Positions 12,232 through 22,296 of a stretch of 64,000 nt of DNA are shown one piece after another. A program made the translations under genes and the position numbers. Under the pieces are notes generated by a model that saw only the letters and a list, made by a program, of their open reading frames with translations, had not been told where the DNA came from and did not search any database. The stretch's first letter is position 1, and every line of letters begins with the position of its first letter. The stretch comes from Candidatus Eiseniibacteriota bacterium (GTDB taxonomy: Bacteria > Eisenbacteria > RBG-16-71-46 > JABDJR01). The DNA lies in assembly GCA_963783375.1 (NCBI GenBank), contig CAWANH010000029.1:288001-352000 (forward strand), given 5' to 3'.

Positions 12232-13286
12232 TGCTGTTCGGCGCCCCCGTCCTCCTCAAGCTCCTCTGGATCCTCCCCGCGCTCCTGGCCCTGGGGATCG
12301 CGGGGATCTGGCTTCGCCGCCGGCGCCTTCGCCGGTTCGTCGAGGCTCCGCTCTGGGGCCGGCTGTCGCCCGGGCGCTCGGGGACGCTTCGCCTCATCCG
12401 GTACCTCCTGGCCCTCGCCGCCTTCGCCTTCGCCGCGGTGGCCGCGGCCCGGCCCCAGGTGGGGGCGCGGCTGGTGCAGGTCGAGCGGCAGGGGATCGAG
12501 GTGGTGGTGGCGCTGGACGTGAGCCTCAGCATGGAGGCCACCGACGTGGTGCCGGATCGCCTGGAGCGATCGAAGCAGGAGATCCGCGAGCTCCTGGACG
12601 GGCTCAAGGGGGACCGGGTGGGGATCGTGCTGTTCAGCGGGTCCTCGTTCCTCCTCTGTCCCCTTACCCTGGACACCGGCGCGGCCAACCTGTTCCTGGA
12701 CACGGTGACCCCGGATGTCCTCCCGGACCCGGGCACCAACCTGGAGGAGGCGCTCCGGGGGGCGCGGAACGCGTTCGGGACCGACCTCTCCGGCCGCACG
12801 GGTCGCGCGGTGATCCTCTTCACCGACGGGGAATCCCACGTTGGCGACGTGGACGCCGCCGCCGGCCAGCTCAAGGATGACGGCATCCCCGTCCTCACCG
12901 TGGGGGTGGGGACCCCCAACGGCCAGCCGATCCCGGTCTACGACGCGGACGGCAAGCTCACCGGCTACAAGAAGGACCGCTCGGGGGAGGTGGTGCTGAG
13001 CCGGCTCGAGGAGCCCCTGCTCCGCCGGGTGGGCGAGAGTACCGGCGGCCGGTATTACCCCGCCACCCTGCAGGGGCACGAGGTCGGGCAGATGCTCGAC
13101 TACCTGGAAAAGCTGCAGAAGGGGGAGCTGGGGGGAGCGGTGCGCCGGCGGGTTGAGGAGCGGTACCAGGTCCCGGCGGCGGTGGCCGCGGTGCTTCTGT
13201 TCTTCGCGATCATGGTTCCCGAGGCGCGCCGGGTGGAGGAGGGGGAGTCCACCGAACCTCCCGTCGCCGAAGGGGGCCGCAAGTGA
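12231..13286 (+). CDS. batB: aerotolerance VWA protein BatB
   Basis: ARPQVG, ALDVSLSM..DVVPDRLERSK, DRVGIV, CPLTLD, FTDGESH, GVGTPNG, VLSRL. Confidence 0.9.
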   Translation: MLFGAPVLLKLLWILPALLALGIAGIWLRRRRLRRFVEAPLWGRLSPGRSGTLRLIRYLLALAAFAFAAVAAARPQVGARLVQVERQGIEVVVALDVSLSMEATDVVPDRLERSKQEIRELLDGLKGDRVGIVLFSGSSFLLCPLTLDTGAANLFLDTVTPDVLPDPGTNLEEALRGARNAFGTDLSGRTGRAVILFTDGESHVGDVDAAAGQLKDDGIPVLTVGVGTPNGQPIPVYDADGKLTGYKKDRSGEVVLSRLEEPLLRRVGESTGGRYYPATLQGHEVGQMLDYLEKLQKGELGGAVRRRVEERYQVPAAVAAVLLFFAIMVPEARRVEEGESTEPPVAEGGRK

Positions 13287-14125
13287 TCACCTTGACCGGC
13301 CGTTCCCTCATGACCTCGGTGTTCCTGCTCTCATTCTGGGAACTCCTTTCCCCCTTCATGGCTCCCGGTTCCCGCGAGGCGAGAAAGGGCGCCCGGAGCT
13401 ACGACCGGGGGGCGTGGGAGCAGGCGGTGGATCACTACACCCAGGCCCGCCGCGACCGGGATGATCCCGCGCTGGACTACAACCTCGGGGCCTCGGCCTA
13501 CCGCGACTCGAGCTATCAGGCGGCGGCGGACGCCTTCGCCGGTGCCCAGCGTTCGAAGACCCTCGCCCCGGGGCGGGCCGCCTTCAACCTCGGGAACGCG
13601 CGCTACCGGAACGGGGACCTGAAGGGGGCGCTCGAGGCCTACCGCGCGGCCCTCCGCGCCGATCCCGACTATGCCGACGCCCGGTACAACTACGAGCTGA
13701 CCCGGAAGGAGCTTCAGGCCAACCCCCAGAACCAGCAGAAGAACCCGCAGGGAAACCAGGGGAAGGACCAGAAGGGCCAGGGTCAGAAGGGCGAGGGGAA
13801 GGAATCCGCTCCGGACTCCACCGGGACCTCCAAGCCCGAGCCCTCCCCGGGGGATCAGGACTCCAGGGACCGGGAGCAGAAGGCCCGGGATCAGGCCGAC
13901 AACCGGGACCAGGAGAAGAACGAGCAGGATGCCGCGGCGGATACCGCGGCGGCGGACTCGACCGGGAAGAAGCAGGATCAGCCGGGGCAACCCGGGTCGC
14001 CGGCCCGGCTCCTGACCCCCCAGGAGGCGGCGCAGCTCCTGAACCAGATCACCCCGGAGGAGCGCGAACTTCTCCGGGCCCGGCTCAAGTCCACCCATCG
14101 GCGGAAGGCGGAGAAGGACTGGTGA
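13283..14125 (+). CDS. batC: TPR protein BatC with Q/K/D-rich low-complexity tail
   Basis: YNLG/FNLGN TPR repeats, ARYNYE, charged linker, C-terminal EKDW; start may be ATG 13309. Confidence 0.85.
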   Translation: MITLTGRSLMTSVFLLSFWELLSPFMAPGSREARKGARSYDRGAWEQAVDHYTQARRDRDDPALDYNLGASAYRDSSYQAAADAFAGAQRSKTLAPGRAAFNLGNARYRNGDLKGALEAYRAALRADPDYADARYNYELTRKELQANPQNQQKNPQGNQGKDQKGQGQKGEGKESAPDSTGTSKPEPSPGDQDSRDREQKARDQADNRDQEKNEQDAAADTAAADSTGKKQDQPGQPGSPARLLTPQEAAQLLNQITPEERELLRARLKSTHRRKAEKDW

Positions 14126-15888
14126 GGCGCGCGTTTCCAATCCTCATGACGCTCACGATCCTGCTCACCGCGGCCCCGGCCTGGGCGGTCCAGGTCACCG
14201 CCACCCTCGACCGGGACACCGCGCACGTGGGGGAGCAGGTGGTGCTCACCGTGAAGGTCTCGGGCGGGGTCGGCTCCATTCCCGATCCCCGGCTGCCCGA
14301 TCTCGGGGCGAAGTTCGAAATCGTAAACGGAGGCACCTCCCAGAGTTTCTCGCTGTTGAACGGGCACATGAGCGCCTCGAAGACCGTGACCTACGCGCTC
14401 ATTCCCCGGCAGCCGGGCACCTTCACCATCGCCCCCATCGAGGCGCATCAGGGAAAGGACGTCTTCCGGGCCCCGCCGCTCAAGCTGACCGTGCTGGCCG
14501 GTTCGGCTCCCTCCACCGCACCCACCCCGCCGCCGGAGTCGGAAGGGGAGACCGGGTCCACCCGGGGGAGCGAGGACCTCTTCGTCCGGGCCACGGTGGA
14601 CAAGGCGAACCCCTATCTCAACGAGCAGGTGACCTACCGCGTCCGCCTCTACACCCGGGTCGGGCTCCTCGACAATCCGGGCTTCTCCGCCCCTACCACC
14701 CAGGGCTTCTGGAAGGAGGACCTGCCCGCTCTCCAACCCCGGGTGGAAACGGTGAAGGGCAAGCGCTACCGGGTGCTGGAAGTGGACATGGCGGTCTTCC
14801 CCACCACCCCGGGAAAGCTCACCATCGGGGAGTCGGTGCTGCAGTGCACCGTGCAGGGGGCGCCCCGGGCCAACGATCCGTTCTCGTTCTTCGGGAACAA
14901 CCCGTTCGATTCGAAACGGGTCACCCTGCGCACGGATCCGGTGGTCCTCACCGTGAAGCCGCTCCCACCGGGGGCGCCGCCCGAGTTCCACGGCACGGTG
15001 GGGGAGTACGGCCTCACCGCCTCGGTGAACAAGACCACGGTGGCCCAGAACGAACCCGTGACCTTCACCGTCAAGGTGAGCGGCGAAGGCAATCTCCGAA
15101 CCCTCGGCGACATCGAGCTTCCCAAGCTGTCCGACTTTCGCGCCTATCCTTCCCAGAGCAACGAGGAGACCACCAAGGGCGGCATGCGGATCGGGGGGAC
15201 GGTCACCCGTCAGTTCGTGCTGGTGCCGCTCAGCGCGGGGAGCAAGAAGATCCCCGCCCTCCGGGTGGCGACGTTCTCCCCCAAGAGCGGCGCCTACAAG
15301 GTGCTCGCCTCCGATCCGATCACCCTCGAGGTGACCCCCGGCGGAGGCTCGGGGGCGGCGGCCGGATCCGCGCCCCGGGGGGACATCGAGGTGCTGGGCC
15401 GCGACATCCGCTTCATCGAGACCGATGTTCCGGCGTTCGCCACCCGGGGCGGAGCCTGGGACCGCGCCCGGGTGTGGTTCTACCTGCTTCCGCTCCCCGC
15501 GGTGGGATACGCCGGGGTGTGGATGTTCGAGCGCCGGCGGAGACGGCTGGGGAAGGACGTGGCGCTTCGCCGGCGACTGGGGGCGGCCCGGGACGCCCGG
15601 AAGCTCCTGAAGCGCGCCGCCGGGGCCTCGGAGATCGAGCGGGTGGCCCGGGCGGGCGAGGCGGTTCGGAACTATCTCGCCGACCGCTACAACCTTCCTC
15701 GGGCCGGACTCCTGTTCGAGGATCTGGAGCATCGCCTCCGCGAGGACGGGGTGGAGACGGCCCCGCTTCGCGCCTTCCTCGATCGGGCCGACGCCGCCCG
15801 TTACGCTCCCGGCGCCGCGCGGGCGGCAGGAACCGACTGGCTGGCCGAGGGCCGACGGTGGGTCGACGCTCTGGAGAAGACGCGATGA
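14122..15888 (+). CDS. batD: BatD-family protein
   Basis: Signal peptide, repeated Ig-like Bat domains, VKPLP..GTVGEY, SGEGNL, DIRFI, C-terminal TM and RYAP. Confidence 0.88.
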   Translation: MRRAFPILMTLTILLTAAPAWAVQVTATLDRDTAHVGEQVVLTVKVSGGVGSIPDPRLPDLGAKFEIVNGGTSQSFSLLNGHMSASKTVTYALIPRQPGTFTIAPIEAHQGKDVFRAPPLKLTVLAGSAPSTAPTPPPESEGETGSTRGSEDLFVRATVDKANPYLNEQVTYRVRLYTRVGLLDNPGFSAPTTQGFWKEDLPALQPRVETVKGKRYRVLEVDMAVFPTTPGKLTIGESVLQCTVQGAPRANDPFSFFGNNPFDSKRVTLRTDPVVLTVKPLPPGAPPEFHGTVGEYGLTASVNKTTVAQNEPVTFTVKVSGEGNLRTLGDIELPKLSDFRAYPSQSNEETTKGGMRIGGTVTRQFVLVPLSAGSKKIPALRVATFSPKSGAYKVLASDPITLEVTPGGGSGAAAGSAPRGDIEVLGRDIRFIETDVPAFATRGGAWDRARVWFYLLPLPAVGYAGVWMFERRRRRLGKDVALRRRLGAARDARKLLKRAAGASEIERVARAGEAVRNYLADRYNLPRAGLLFEDLEHRLREDGVETAPLRAFLDRADAARYAPGAARAAGTDWLAEGRRWVDALEKTR

Positions 15889-16652
15889 GGGGAAGCCGGA
15901 TCGTTCGAATTCTGGTGGGACTTCTCGGTGTTCTCGTTGCCGGGGCCGCGTCGGCGGCCCCGCCCCCCGGCGCGGCGGAAGGGTATCTCCAGGGGAACAA
16001 GCTCTACCAGTCCGGGGACTTTGCGGGGGCGGCCAAGGCCTACGAGGGGGTCCTGGCCCAGGGGGTCACCGCCCCCGAGCTGGAGTACAACCTGGGCAAC
16101 GCCTATCTGAAGGCCGGGGACGTGGGGCGGGCCATCCTCCATTACCGCCGGGCGCTCAAGCTGGAGCCGACATTCGAAAGTGCACTGGCGAACATCAAAT
16201 ACGCCCGATCCTTGACCCAAGACGTCAAGCCGGAGGATCCCGGCGAGGGCCGCTGGTCCTGGATCTCGCGGCTCAGGCTCGGGCCCTCGGTCGCCGCGTT
16301 CCTTCTCCTGGCCGTGGTGACCGCGTTCGCGGCGGTGGCCGCCCTTCGTCTGACCTCCTGGCGAGGCCGCGCCGGGGCCACCGTGCTCCAGGCGGTTCTG
16401 GGAGGGGTGGCGGTACTCCTGGTGGCGGCGTTGATCTTCGAGTGGAGCCAGATCGAGGGCGCCCGGGAAGGCGTGGTGGTGGCCCAGGACATCGACGTCC
16501 GTTCGGGGCCGGGGGACCGCTACACCGTCTCCTTCCGACTCCATCCCGGCACCGAGGTCGAAATTCTCCGTCAAACCGCGGGCTGGCGCGAGGTCAGGGT
16601 CTCGGATAGGCTCCAGGGGTGGATGCCGGACGACGCAGTGGCGGCCATCTGA
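15885..16652 (+). CDS. batE: BatE-like TPR + SH3 protein
   Basis: Signal peptide, GNKLY..YNLGNAY..GRAILHYRRAL, two TM helices, VRSGPG..LHPGTEV..GWM (SH3b). Confidence 0.88.
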   Translation: MRGSRIVRILVGLLGVLVAGAASAAPPPGAAEGYLQGNKLYQSGDFAGAAKAYEGVLAQGVTAPELEYNLGNAYLKAGDVGRAILHYRRALKLEPTFESALANIKYARSLTQDVKPEDPGEGRWSWISRLRLGPSVAAFLLLAVVTAFAAVAALRLTSWRGRAGATVLQAVLGGVAVLLVAALIFEWSQIEGAREGVVVAQDIDVRSGPGDRYTVSFRLHPGTEVEILRQTAGWREVRVSDRLQGWMPDDAVAAI

Positions 16653-16686
16653 GCGCGCCGCCGGTCCGCCCTTCCATCGCAATGCC

Positions 16687-19080
16687 ATGACCCTCAGGAA
16701 GAAGTTCGCCCTCGGATTGGGAACCCTCCTCGCGGTGATCGTCGTTCTGGCGATCGCCGCACGCTTCGTGATCCGACCCGAACGGCTGAAGGAGGTCGCC
16801 CTGAGCCGGGCCCGCGCCACCACCGGCTACGCCATCGAGGCCGGCCCGGCGCGGATCCATCTTGGAACCTCCGGAATCGGCGTCCGGGTCGAGGACCTCC
16901 GGGCCGTCGCTCCCGACTCCTCCCAACGGATCCGCATCGCGTCCACCGATCTGTACCTGAAGCTCCTCCCCCTGCTGGGCCGGCGGGTGGAGCTTCGCCA
17001 GGCGACGCTTCACCGCCCGGTGCTCGAGCTTCGCCCCGCCGCCTCCGCACCGCCTACCCCGGGAGGGCCGGGGACGACCCCGCCAGCCGGCTCTCCCGCG
17101 TTCGCCTTCCTGGCCGTGGAACGATGGTCGGTGGACGAGGGCACCTACGTGCAGACCGGACCCATGGGAACCCTCACCCTGAACGCGGTGGATCTCACCG
17201 GGGGGTTCTCCTGGACCGCGGAGACCGGGGCGGCCGGGACCGCGCGGGGAACGGTGGGGAACGGCCTCTGGAGCGGCGCGGCCGGCGCCTTCGGACTTCC
17301 CGGTTTTCGGGCCCGGGCCGACTTCGATCTGAACGCGGCCGGAGACAGCCTGGATCTTTCCTCGATCACGGTGGAGAGCGGTGACGTGGCGGCGCGGCTC
17401 TCCGGTTCCTTCACCCGGGTGGGGGCCGAGTGGCCGGGAGCCCTGGAGGGACGAGTCGAACCGGTGGGCTGGGACGCGATCCGCGCGATCCTGCCCGAAG
17501 AGGATCTGGCCGCGTTGGCCGGAGCCGATCTGGACGGACGCTTCGCCCTTCCCGGCTTCCGCATCGAACACACCGAAGCCGGAGAGAATCGGGTCTCCGG
17601 CCGCCTCGTCTTTTCCGAGGTCTCGCTGAAGGCCCCCTCCGCCCCCCTGGGGCTCACCGGAGCCGAGGGCCGGGTGGACTTCGCCCCCGGAGTGGTGGCC
17701 ATGGAGAAGGCTAAGGGCCGCCTCGGGGACCACGGCATTTCCATTTCCGCCCGCCTGGAAGGGACGCCGCCGTCCCGGATCGAGGTCTCGGTGGCCACCC
17801 GGATCGACGGCGCGACCCTGGCCGGGCTCCTCCCTGCCTCGGTCCCCCTGACCCTGACCGCGGGGACGGTGGACCTCGATCTCTCCGCCGCCGGCCCGTT
17901 CCCGGTGGCGCCCGCCCGCCTTCCCGAGCTCACCGGCACCGTGGACCTGGCCGGGTTCGCGGGGACCTACCGGGAGATTCCGATCGGCAAGGGACGGGGG
18001 CGACTCCGCTTCGCAGGCCACGCGGTCGAGGTTCGGGACTTCGGGGCATCGCTGGGGCGTTCCGACTTCGCGGTGAACGGCACCATGGCCGATCTTGCCC
18101 GGCCGGACCTTCACTTCACGTTGAACTCCGACCGCCTGGACCTGAACGAGCTGTTCCCCGAGGCCGCCGCCTCCGGGGACACCGCGGGAAGCGCTCCTCC
18201 GGTGGGCGTTCCCGGGACCGGCACCGTCCGTGTGGGGAGTCTGCGCTTCCGGGAGACCGAGCTCCGGGAGGTGACCGCGAAGGTGACGGCGGGGCTGGAC
18301 GGGGTGCGCGCCGAGGACATCGCGGCCGAGCTGTACGGCGGCGCGGCAACCGGCCGGGTGGCCCTGGCTCCGGTGGAGGACGGGCGCGCGTGGCGCTACG
18401 AGGGCCGGGTCGCCCTGAAGGGGGTCCAGGTGGGGAACGTGCTGGCCGACTGGACCCCGCTGGGGAAGCGGGTGGAGGGGACGGCGTCGGCCGCGATGAC
18501 CTTCAGCGGACGCGAGGGACCGGGCGCCGATCCCCTCCGCGCCCTCGAACTTTCCGGCACCACCGACGTCGGCCAGGGGGCGATCCTGAACGTCCCCGCC
18601 CTCCGATCCCTCGCCACCTACCTGGACCTCAAGGAGGCGGCGGGCGATCGATGGCCCTTCCGGAACCTCGCTGCGGCCTTCGCGGTGAAGGACGGCCGGC
18701 TGATCCTCGATACCCTGCGGGTGGCCCAGACCGGGCTGGGATGGGCGCTCGGTGGGACGGTGGGTCTCGACGGGACCCTGGCCCTTTCCGGGATCCTTCT
18801 CGCCGATCCCGCCCGGATCGATCTTCCCTCCGAGTTCCAACTCCTCGCCCCCTACGTGGCCCAGGCCGACGGGAGGATTCCCGTGGACTTCAAGCTCACC
18901 GGAGAGGCCGCTTCACCCGTGGTGAGCGTGGACTGGGACGCGCTGGCCCGGCGCGCAACGGAGAAAGCCCGGACGGATGAGCGGGAGAAGCTTCAGAAGG
19001 AGCTGGAGAAGTCCATCACCGATCCACAGGCCCTGGACAAGCTCAAGAAGCTCCTGGGGGGGAAGAAGGGGAACCGTTGA
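16687..19080 (+). CDS. AsmA-family protein
   Basis: N-terminal TM anchor, LKLLPLL.RRVEL, LNSDRLDLNEL, ELYGG, beta-rich repeats, C-terminal amphipathic helices. Confidence 0.8.
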   Translation: MTLRKKFALGLGTLLAVIVVLAIAARFVIRPERLKEVALSRARATTGYAIEAGPARIHLGTSGIGVRVEDLRAVAPDSSQRIRIASTDLYLKLLPLLGRRVELRQATLHRPVLELRPAASAPPTPGGPGTTPPAGSPAFAFLAVERWSVDEGTYVQTGPMGTLTLNAVDLTGGFSWTAETGAAGTARGTVGNGLWSGAAGAFGLPGFRARADFDLNAAGDSLDLSSITVESGDVAARLSGSFTRVGAEWPGALEGRVEPVGWDAIRAILPEEDLAALAGADLDGRFALPGFRIEHTEAGENRVSGRLVFSEVSLKAPSAPLGLTGAEGRVDFAPGVVAMEKAKGRLGDHGISISARLEGTPPSRIEVSVATRIDGATLAGLLPASVPLTLTAGTVDLDLSAAGPFPVAPARLPELTGTVDLAGFAGTYREIPIGKGRGRLRFAGHAVEVRDFGASLGRSDFAVNGTMADLARPDLHFTLNSDRLDLNELFPEAAASGDTAGSAPPVGVPGTGTVRVGSLRFRETELREVTAKVTAGLDGVRAEDIAAELYGGAATGRVALAPVEDGRAWRYEGRVALKGVQVGNVLADWTPLGKRVEGTASAAMTFSGREGPGADPLRALELSGTTDVGQGAILNVPALRSLATYLDLKEAAGDRWPFRNLAAAFAVKDGRLILDTLRVAQTGLGWALGGTVGLDGTLALSGILLADPARIDLPSEFQLLAPYVAQADGRIPVDFKLTGEAASPVVSVDWDALARRATEKARTDEREKLQKELEKSITDPQALDKLKKLLGGKKGNR

Positions 19081-20227
19081 AGGCGAACCGGTCGAGGGGC
19101 TCGCGGCGGAGGATGGCCAGGAGGAGATCGGCGACCGCGGTGGCCCCGGTCTCCACCCCGTAGCGCGCCTCGGCCAGCTCCCGGGCCGCGTTCCCCAGGC
19201 GCGCGCGCAGGGCCGGGTCGGCGGCAAGACGGCGGAGCGCGCCGGTCATCCCGTCCACGTCCCCCGGCGCGAACCGGAATCCCTGGACCCCCTCGGCGAA
19301 CATCTCGGGGATCACCGGCACGTCGGTGGTCACCACCGGGAGGCCGGAGGCCAGGGCCTCGAGGACCACGTTGGGAAAGATCTCCGCGTAGGTGGGGAGG
19401 AGGAAGACGTCGGCGGTACGGTACTCCTCGGCAAGCTCGTTCCCTCGCCGCACGCCCACGAAGTGGACGCGCTCCCCGAGGCCGGCCCGGATGGCTTCGG
19501 CGCGGATCGCCTCCTCCTCGCTCGCGCTCTCCCCGGTTCCACAGAGGCGGAACTCGAAGTCCGGTCCCGCCGCCGCCGCGATCCGCAGGAGGTCCCAGGT
19601 CCCCTTGTCCCGGCTCAGCCGACCCACCGTGAGCACCCGGAGCGGCCCCTCCGCAGCGCGGGAGGGAGCGGGGCGGAACCGGTCGAGATCCACCACGTTG
19701 GGCACCGGGATCAGGGTCCGGCCCGGGAACATGGCCGAGAACTCCCGGGCCAGCCCGGGCGAGAGAACCACTACCGCGGCGGCGCGGGCCAGCCCCCAGC
19801 GGGTGAAGCGGAGCGCCGCGCCGCCGTCCCGGGCGAATAACCGGCCCATGGGGCGGCCGTGGAGGTGACAGAGCACCGGCCGGCCCAGGAGCCGGGCCAC
19901 GGTCATGAGGACAGTATCCCGTACAAAGCCAGTGTCGGAAGTTGCTTTCAAATATATGACTTGTGGGCGATACTTGAGAATCCAGACAAAGAGCTTCAGG
20001 GCGTGAAAGACGAGGTAGGGGAAGCTGGCGCGCTGGGGCCGGTTGGGGATGCTGCGGCGGCCGCCCTTGGCGGTCGAGAACGGGATGAGGACGAACCGGC
20101 GGGCCAGGGAGGACGCGGCGAGGAGGGCCATGTTGTTGGCCAGGCCGCCCACCGCGGGGGGACGCGGGCCCACCATGAGCACCCGGGGGGCGGATTCGGC
20201 GTGGGGGGCGGTTTCTCGAGACTTCAT
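19043..20227 (-). CDS. glycosyltransferase family 4
   Basis: GG at N-terminus, HLHG, VPNVVD, VGRL...KG, ADVFLLPT..EIFPNVVLEALASGLPVV (EX7E). Confidence 0.9.
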   Translation of the reverse strand: MKSRETAPHAESAPRVLMVGPRPPAVGGLANNMALLAASSLARRFVLIPFSTAKGGRRSIPNRPQRASFPYLVFHALKLFVWILKYRPQVIYLKATSDTGFVRDTVLMTVARLLGRPVLCHLHGRPMGRLFARDGGAALRFTRWGLARAAAVVVLSPGLAREFSAMFPGRTLIPVPNVVDLDRFRPAPSRAAEGPLRVLTVGRLSRDKGTWDLLRIAAAAGPDFEFRLCGTGESASEEEAIRAEAIRAGLGERVHFVGVRRGNELAEEYRTADVFLLPTYAEIFPNVVLEALASGLPVVTTDVPVIPEMFAEGVQGFRFAPGDVDGMTGALRRLAADPALRARLGNAARELAEARYGVETGATAVADLLLAILRREPLDRFAFNGSPSSPPGAS

Positions 20228-20418
20228 GAGCGGATGATTCGTCCCTCCCCCGGTCCCGGCCCATCCGCTCCGGGTTCGCGGACGGGGCATCCTAGCACTT
20301 TCGGTTGCCAATCTCCCGTCGATAACTATGATTCGAGTGCCCGGCGACCGGCGACGACATTTGACCCCCACGGAACGGCGCCCCCCGGGGACCGACAAGA
20401 CGGTGAGATGGAGGCCTT

Positions 20419-21195
20419 TTGAGCAGCATTCCCCCCTGGAAGAGGCCCGAGCTTTTCGGCTGTCCGCTGGACGCCGTGACCCTGTCCGACGCGGTGGCGT
20501 GGGTGGATGCCCGCGTGGCCGACGGGACGCCGTCCCGCGTGGGCGCGGTGAACGCAGCCAAGCTGGTCAAGATCGAGCGCGACCCCGAGCTGGCCCGCGC
20601 GGTCACCGCGTGTGAGCTGATCGTGGCCGACGGCATGAGCGTGGTCTGGGCGGCGCGCCTCCTCGCCGGAGTGGGGCTCCGCCGGGTGGCAGGTATCGAT
20701 CTCATGGAGAGCCTGGTGCGCCGGGCGGCGGAGCGGAGCTACCGCGTCTACTTCCTCGGGGCCAGGCAAGAGGTGCTGGATCGAATGCTGGAAGTGCTGC
20801 GAGAACGTCATCCCTCGCTCCAGGTGGCCGGTTCGCACCATGGTTACTTCGGGCCGGAGGATGAGCCCGCTCTGGTGGAGGAGATCCGCGCGAGCCGGGC
20901 CGATCTCCTCTTCGTGGCCATGGGAACTCCGGCCAAGGAGTACTGGATCGACCGGAATTTCCGGGCGGCCGGGGCGGCGGTCTCCATGGGGGTGGGAGGG
21001 TCCTTCGACGTGATCTCGGGTCTGGTGCGGCGGGCGCCGGCGTGGATGCAGGGCGTGGGCATGGAGTGGCTGTACCGCCTGGTGCAGGAGCCGGGGAGGT
21101 TGTGGCGGCGGTACCTGACCACCAGCGCCATCTTCCTGGGCGAGGTCTTCATTCGCGCATTGAAGCGCCCCTTCGTTCGCAACGGGACCCGATGA
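20419..21195 (+). CDS. WecB/TagA/CpsF (GT26) glycosyltransferase
   Basis: VNAAK, ADGMSVVWA, RVAGIDL, YFLGA, HHGYF, FVAMGTPAKE, GVGGSFD, RAPAWMQ..GMEWLYRLVQEP.RLWRRY. Confidence 0.93.
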   Translation: MSSIPPWKRPELFGCPLDAVTLSDAVAWVDARVADGTPSRVGAVNAAKLVKIERDPELARAVTACELIVADGMSVVWAARLLAGVGLRRVAGIDLMESLVRRAAERSYRVYFLGARQEVLDRMLEVLRERHPSLQVAGSHHGYFGPEDEPALVEEIRASRADLLFVAMGTPAKEYWIDRNFRAAGAAVSMGVGGSFDVISGLVRRAPAWMQGVGMEWLYRLVQEPGRLWRRYLTTSAIFLGEVFIRALKRPFVRNGTR

Positions 21196-21198
21196 CGG

Positions 21199-22296
21199 AT
21201 GCGAGTCCATTTCCTGGCCTCCACGCTGGCGCGGGGGGGGGCCGAAACCGTGGCCCTGGCCCTCTCCCGGGGGCTGGGCCGGCGCGGCCACGAGGTGCGC
21301 TGGAGCCTGCTCCGTGAAGCGGGGGCGCTGGGAAACACTCTGGACGAAACCGTCGATCTTCGCGCCGGTCTGGCTCCCGGCCGGATTCCGCTGGGAGCGA
21401 TCGGACGGCTCCGCCGGCGGCTGGCCGGGTCCGAGGCCCTCTACGTGCTCGATCACCAGAACGCGGTGGTGATGGCGGGGATGGCGGCCCCCCTGGCCGG
21501 GGTGAGGCGGAGGGTGGTGGCCATCCACACCACCGGCCTCTGGGGCGGGGGTCCGAGCCTCGGGCGGCCGTTCCGGGCCGCCCTGGCCGGCTATCACGCG
21601 GTCCTGGCCCTGAGTCCCGGCCACGCCCGCTATCTCATCGACAACGAGCGCGTTCCCGAGGAGAAGATCCGCGTGGTGCAGAACGGCGTCGATCTCGGCC
21701 GCTTCGAGAACCTCCCCGGTCGCGGGAAGGCCCGCGACCGGTTGGGCCTTCCCGCCGGGGCCGAGGTGGTGGGATCGGTGGCCATGCTCCGTCCCGAGAA
21801 GAACCAGGGGTTGCTCCTGGAGGCGGCGGCGCGGCTTCGCCCCCTGCATCCCGATCTCCACGTGGTTCTGGTGGGGGAGGGCCCGGGTCGGGAGAAGCTT
21901 GCCGCGCGGGCCGCGCGGGCCGATCTGGCCGGAGCGGTGCACTTCCTGGGCGCGCGCGCCGACGTCCCGGAGATCCTCCCCGCGTTCGATCTCTTCGTGC
22001 TCCCGTCCCTTCCGTTGGTGGAGACCCAGCCGGTGGCGGTGCTGGAGGCGATGGCCGCCGGGGTGCCGGTGGTGGCCACCCGGGTCGGGGATCTCGCCGC
22101 CCTCCTGGAGGACGGGCGGGCCGGGACCCTGGTTCCCCCGGGCGACGTGGATGCCCTGGCCGAGGCCCTGGAGGGGCTCCTCCAGGCTCCCTCGGAACGA
22201 GGCGCTCTGGCCGCCCGGGGCCGCTCGGTCGCCGAACGTCACGGTCTGGACGCCTCGGTGCGGGCGCTTCAGAAGGTGCTGGAGGAAAACGGTTGA
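21199..22296 (+). CDS. glycosyltransferase family 4
   Basis: RGGAE, VVQNGVD, LRPEKN, DLFVLPS..ETQPVAVLEAMAAGVPVV. Confidence 0.9.
   Translation: MRVHFLASTLARGGAETVALALSRGLGRRGHEVRWSLLREAGALGNTLDETVDLRAGLAPGRIPLGAIGRLRRRLAGSEALYVLDHQNAVVMAGMAAPLAGVRRRVVAIHTTGLWGGGPSLGRPFRAALAGYHAVLALSPGHARYLIDNERVPEEKIRVVQNGVDLGRFENLPGRGKARDRLGLPAGAEVVGSVAMLRPEKNQGLLLEAAARLRPLHPDLHVVLVGEGPGREKLAARAARADLAGAVHFLGARADVPEILPAFDLFVLPSLPLVETQPVAVLEAMAAGVPVVATRVGDLAALLEDGRAGTLVPPGDVDALAEALEGLLQAPSERGALAARGRSVAERHGLDASVRALQKVLEENG

Noticed and set aside
13160-13286. VPE motif near the BatB C-terminus as a PEP-CTERM signal
   Set aside because: The motif follows rather than precedes the TM helix; this is a normal BatB ending.
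13720-14000. Q/K/D/E-rich repetitive segment
   Set aside because: Ordinary low-complexity linker of BatC, not a DNA repeat array.
16165-16225. Mildly AT-rich patch within batE
   Set aside because: Short, with no convincing promoter or shared motif; may be chance.
20293-20311. sigma54-like TAGCAC...TTGC (plus) / TGGCAA...GTGC (minus) in the divergent GT promoter region
   Set aside because: GG-to-GC spacing is off by one on the minus strand and the plus strand lacks GG; sigma54 spacing is strict.
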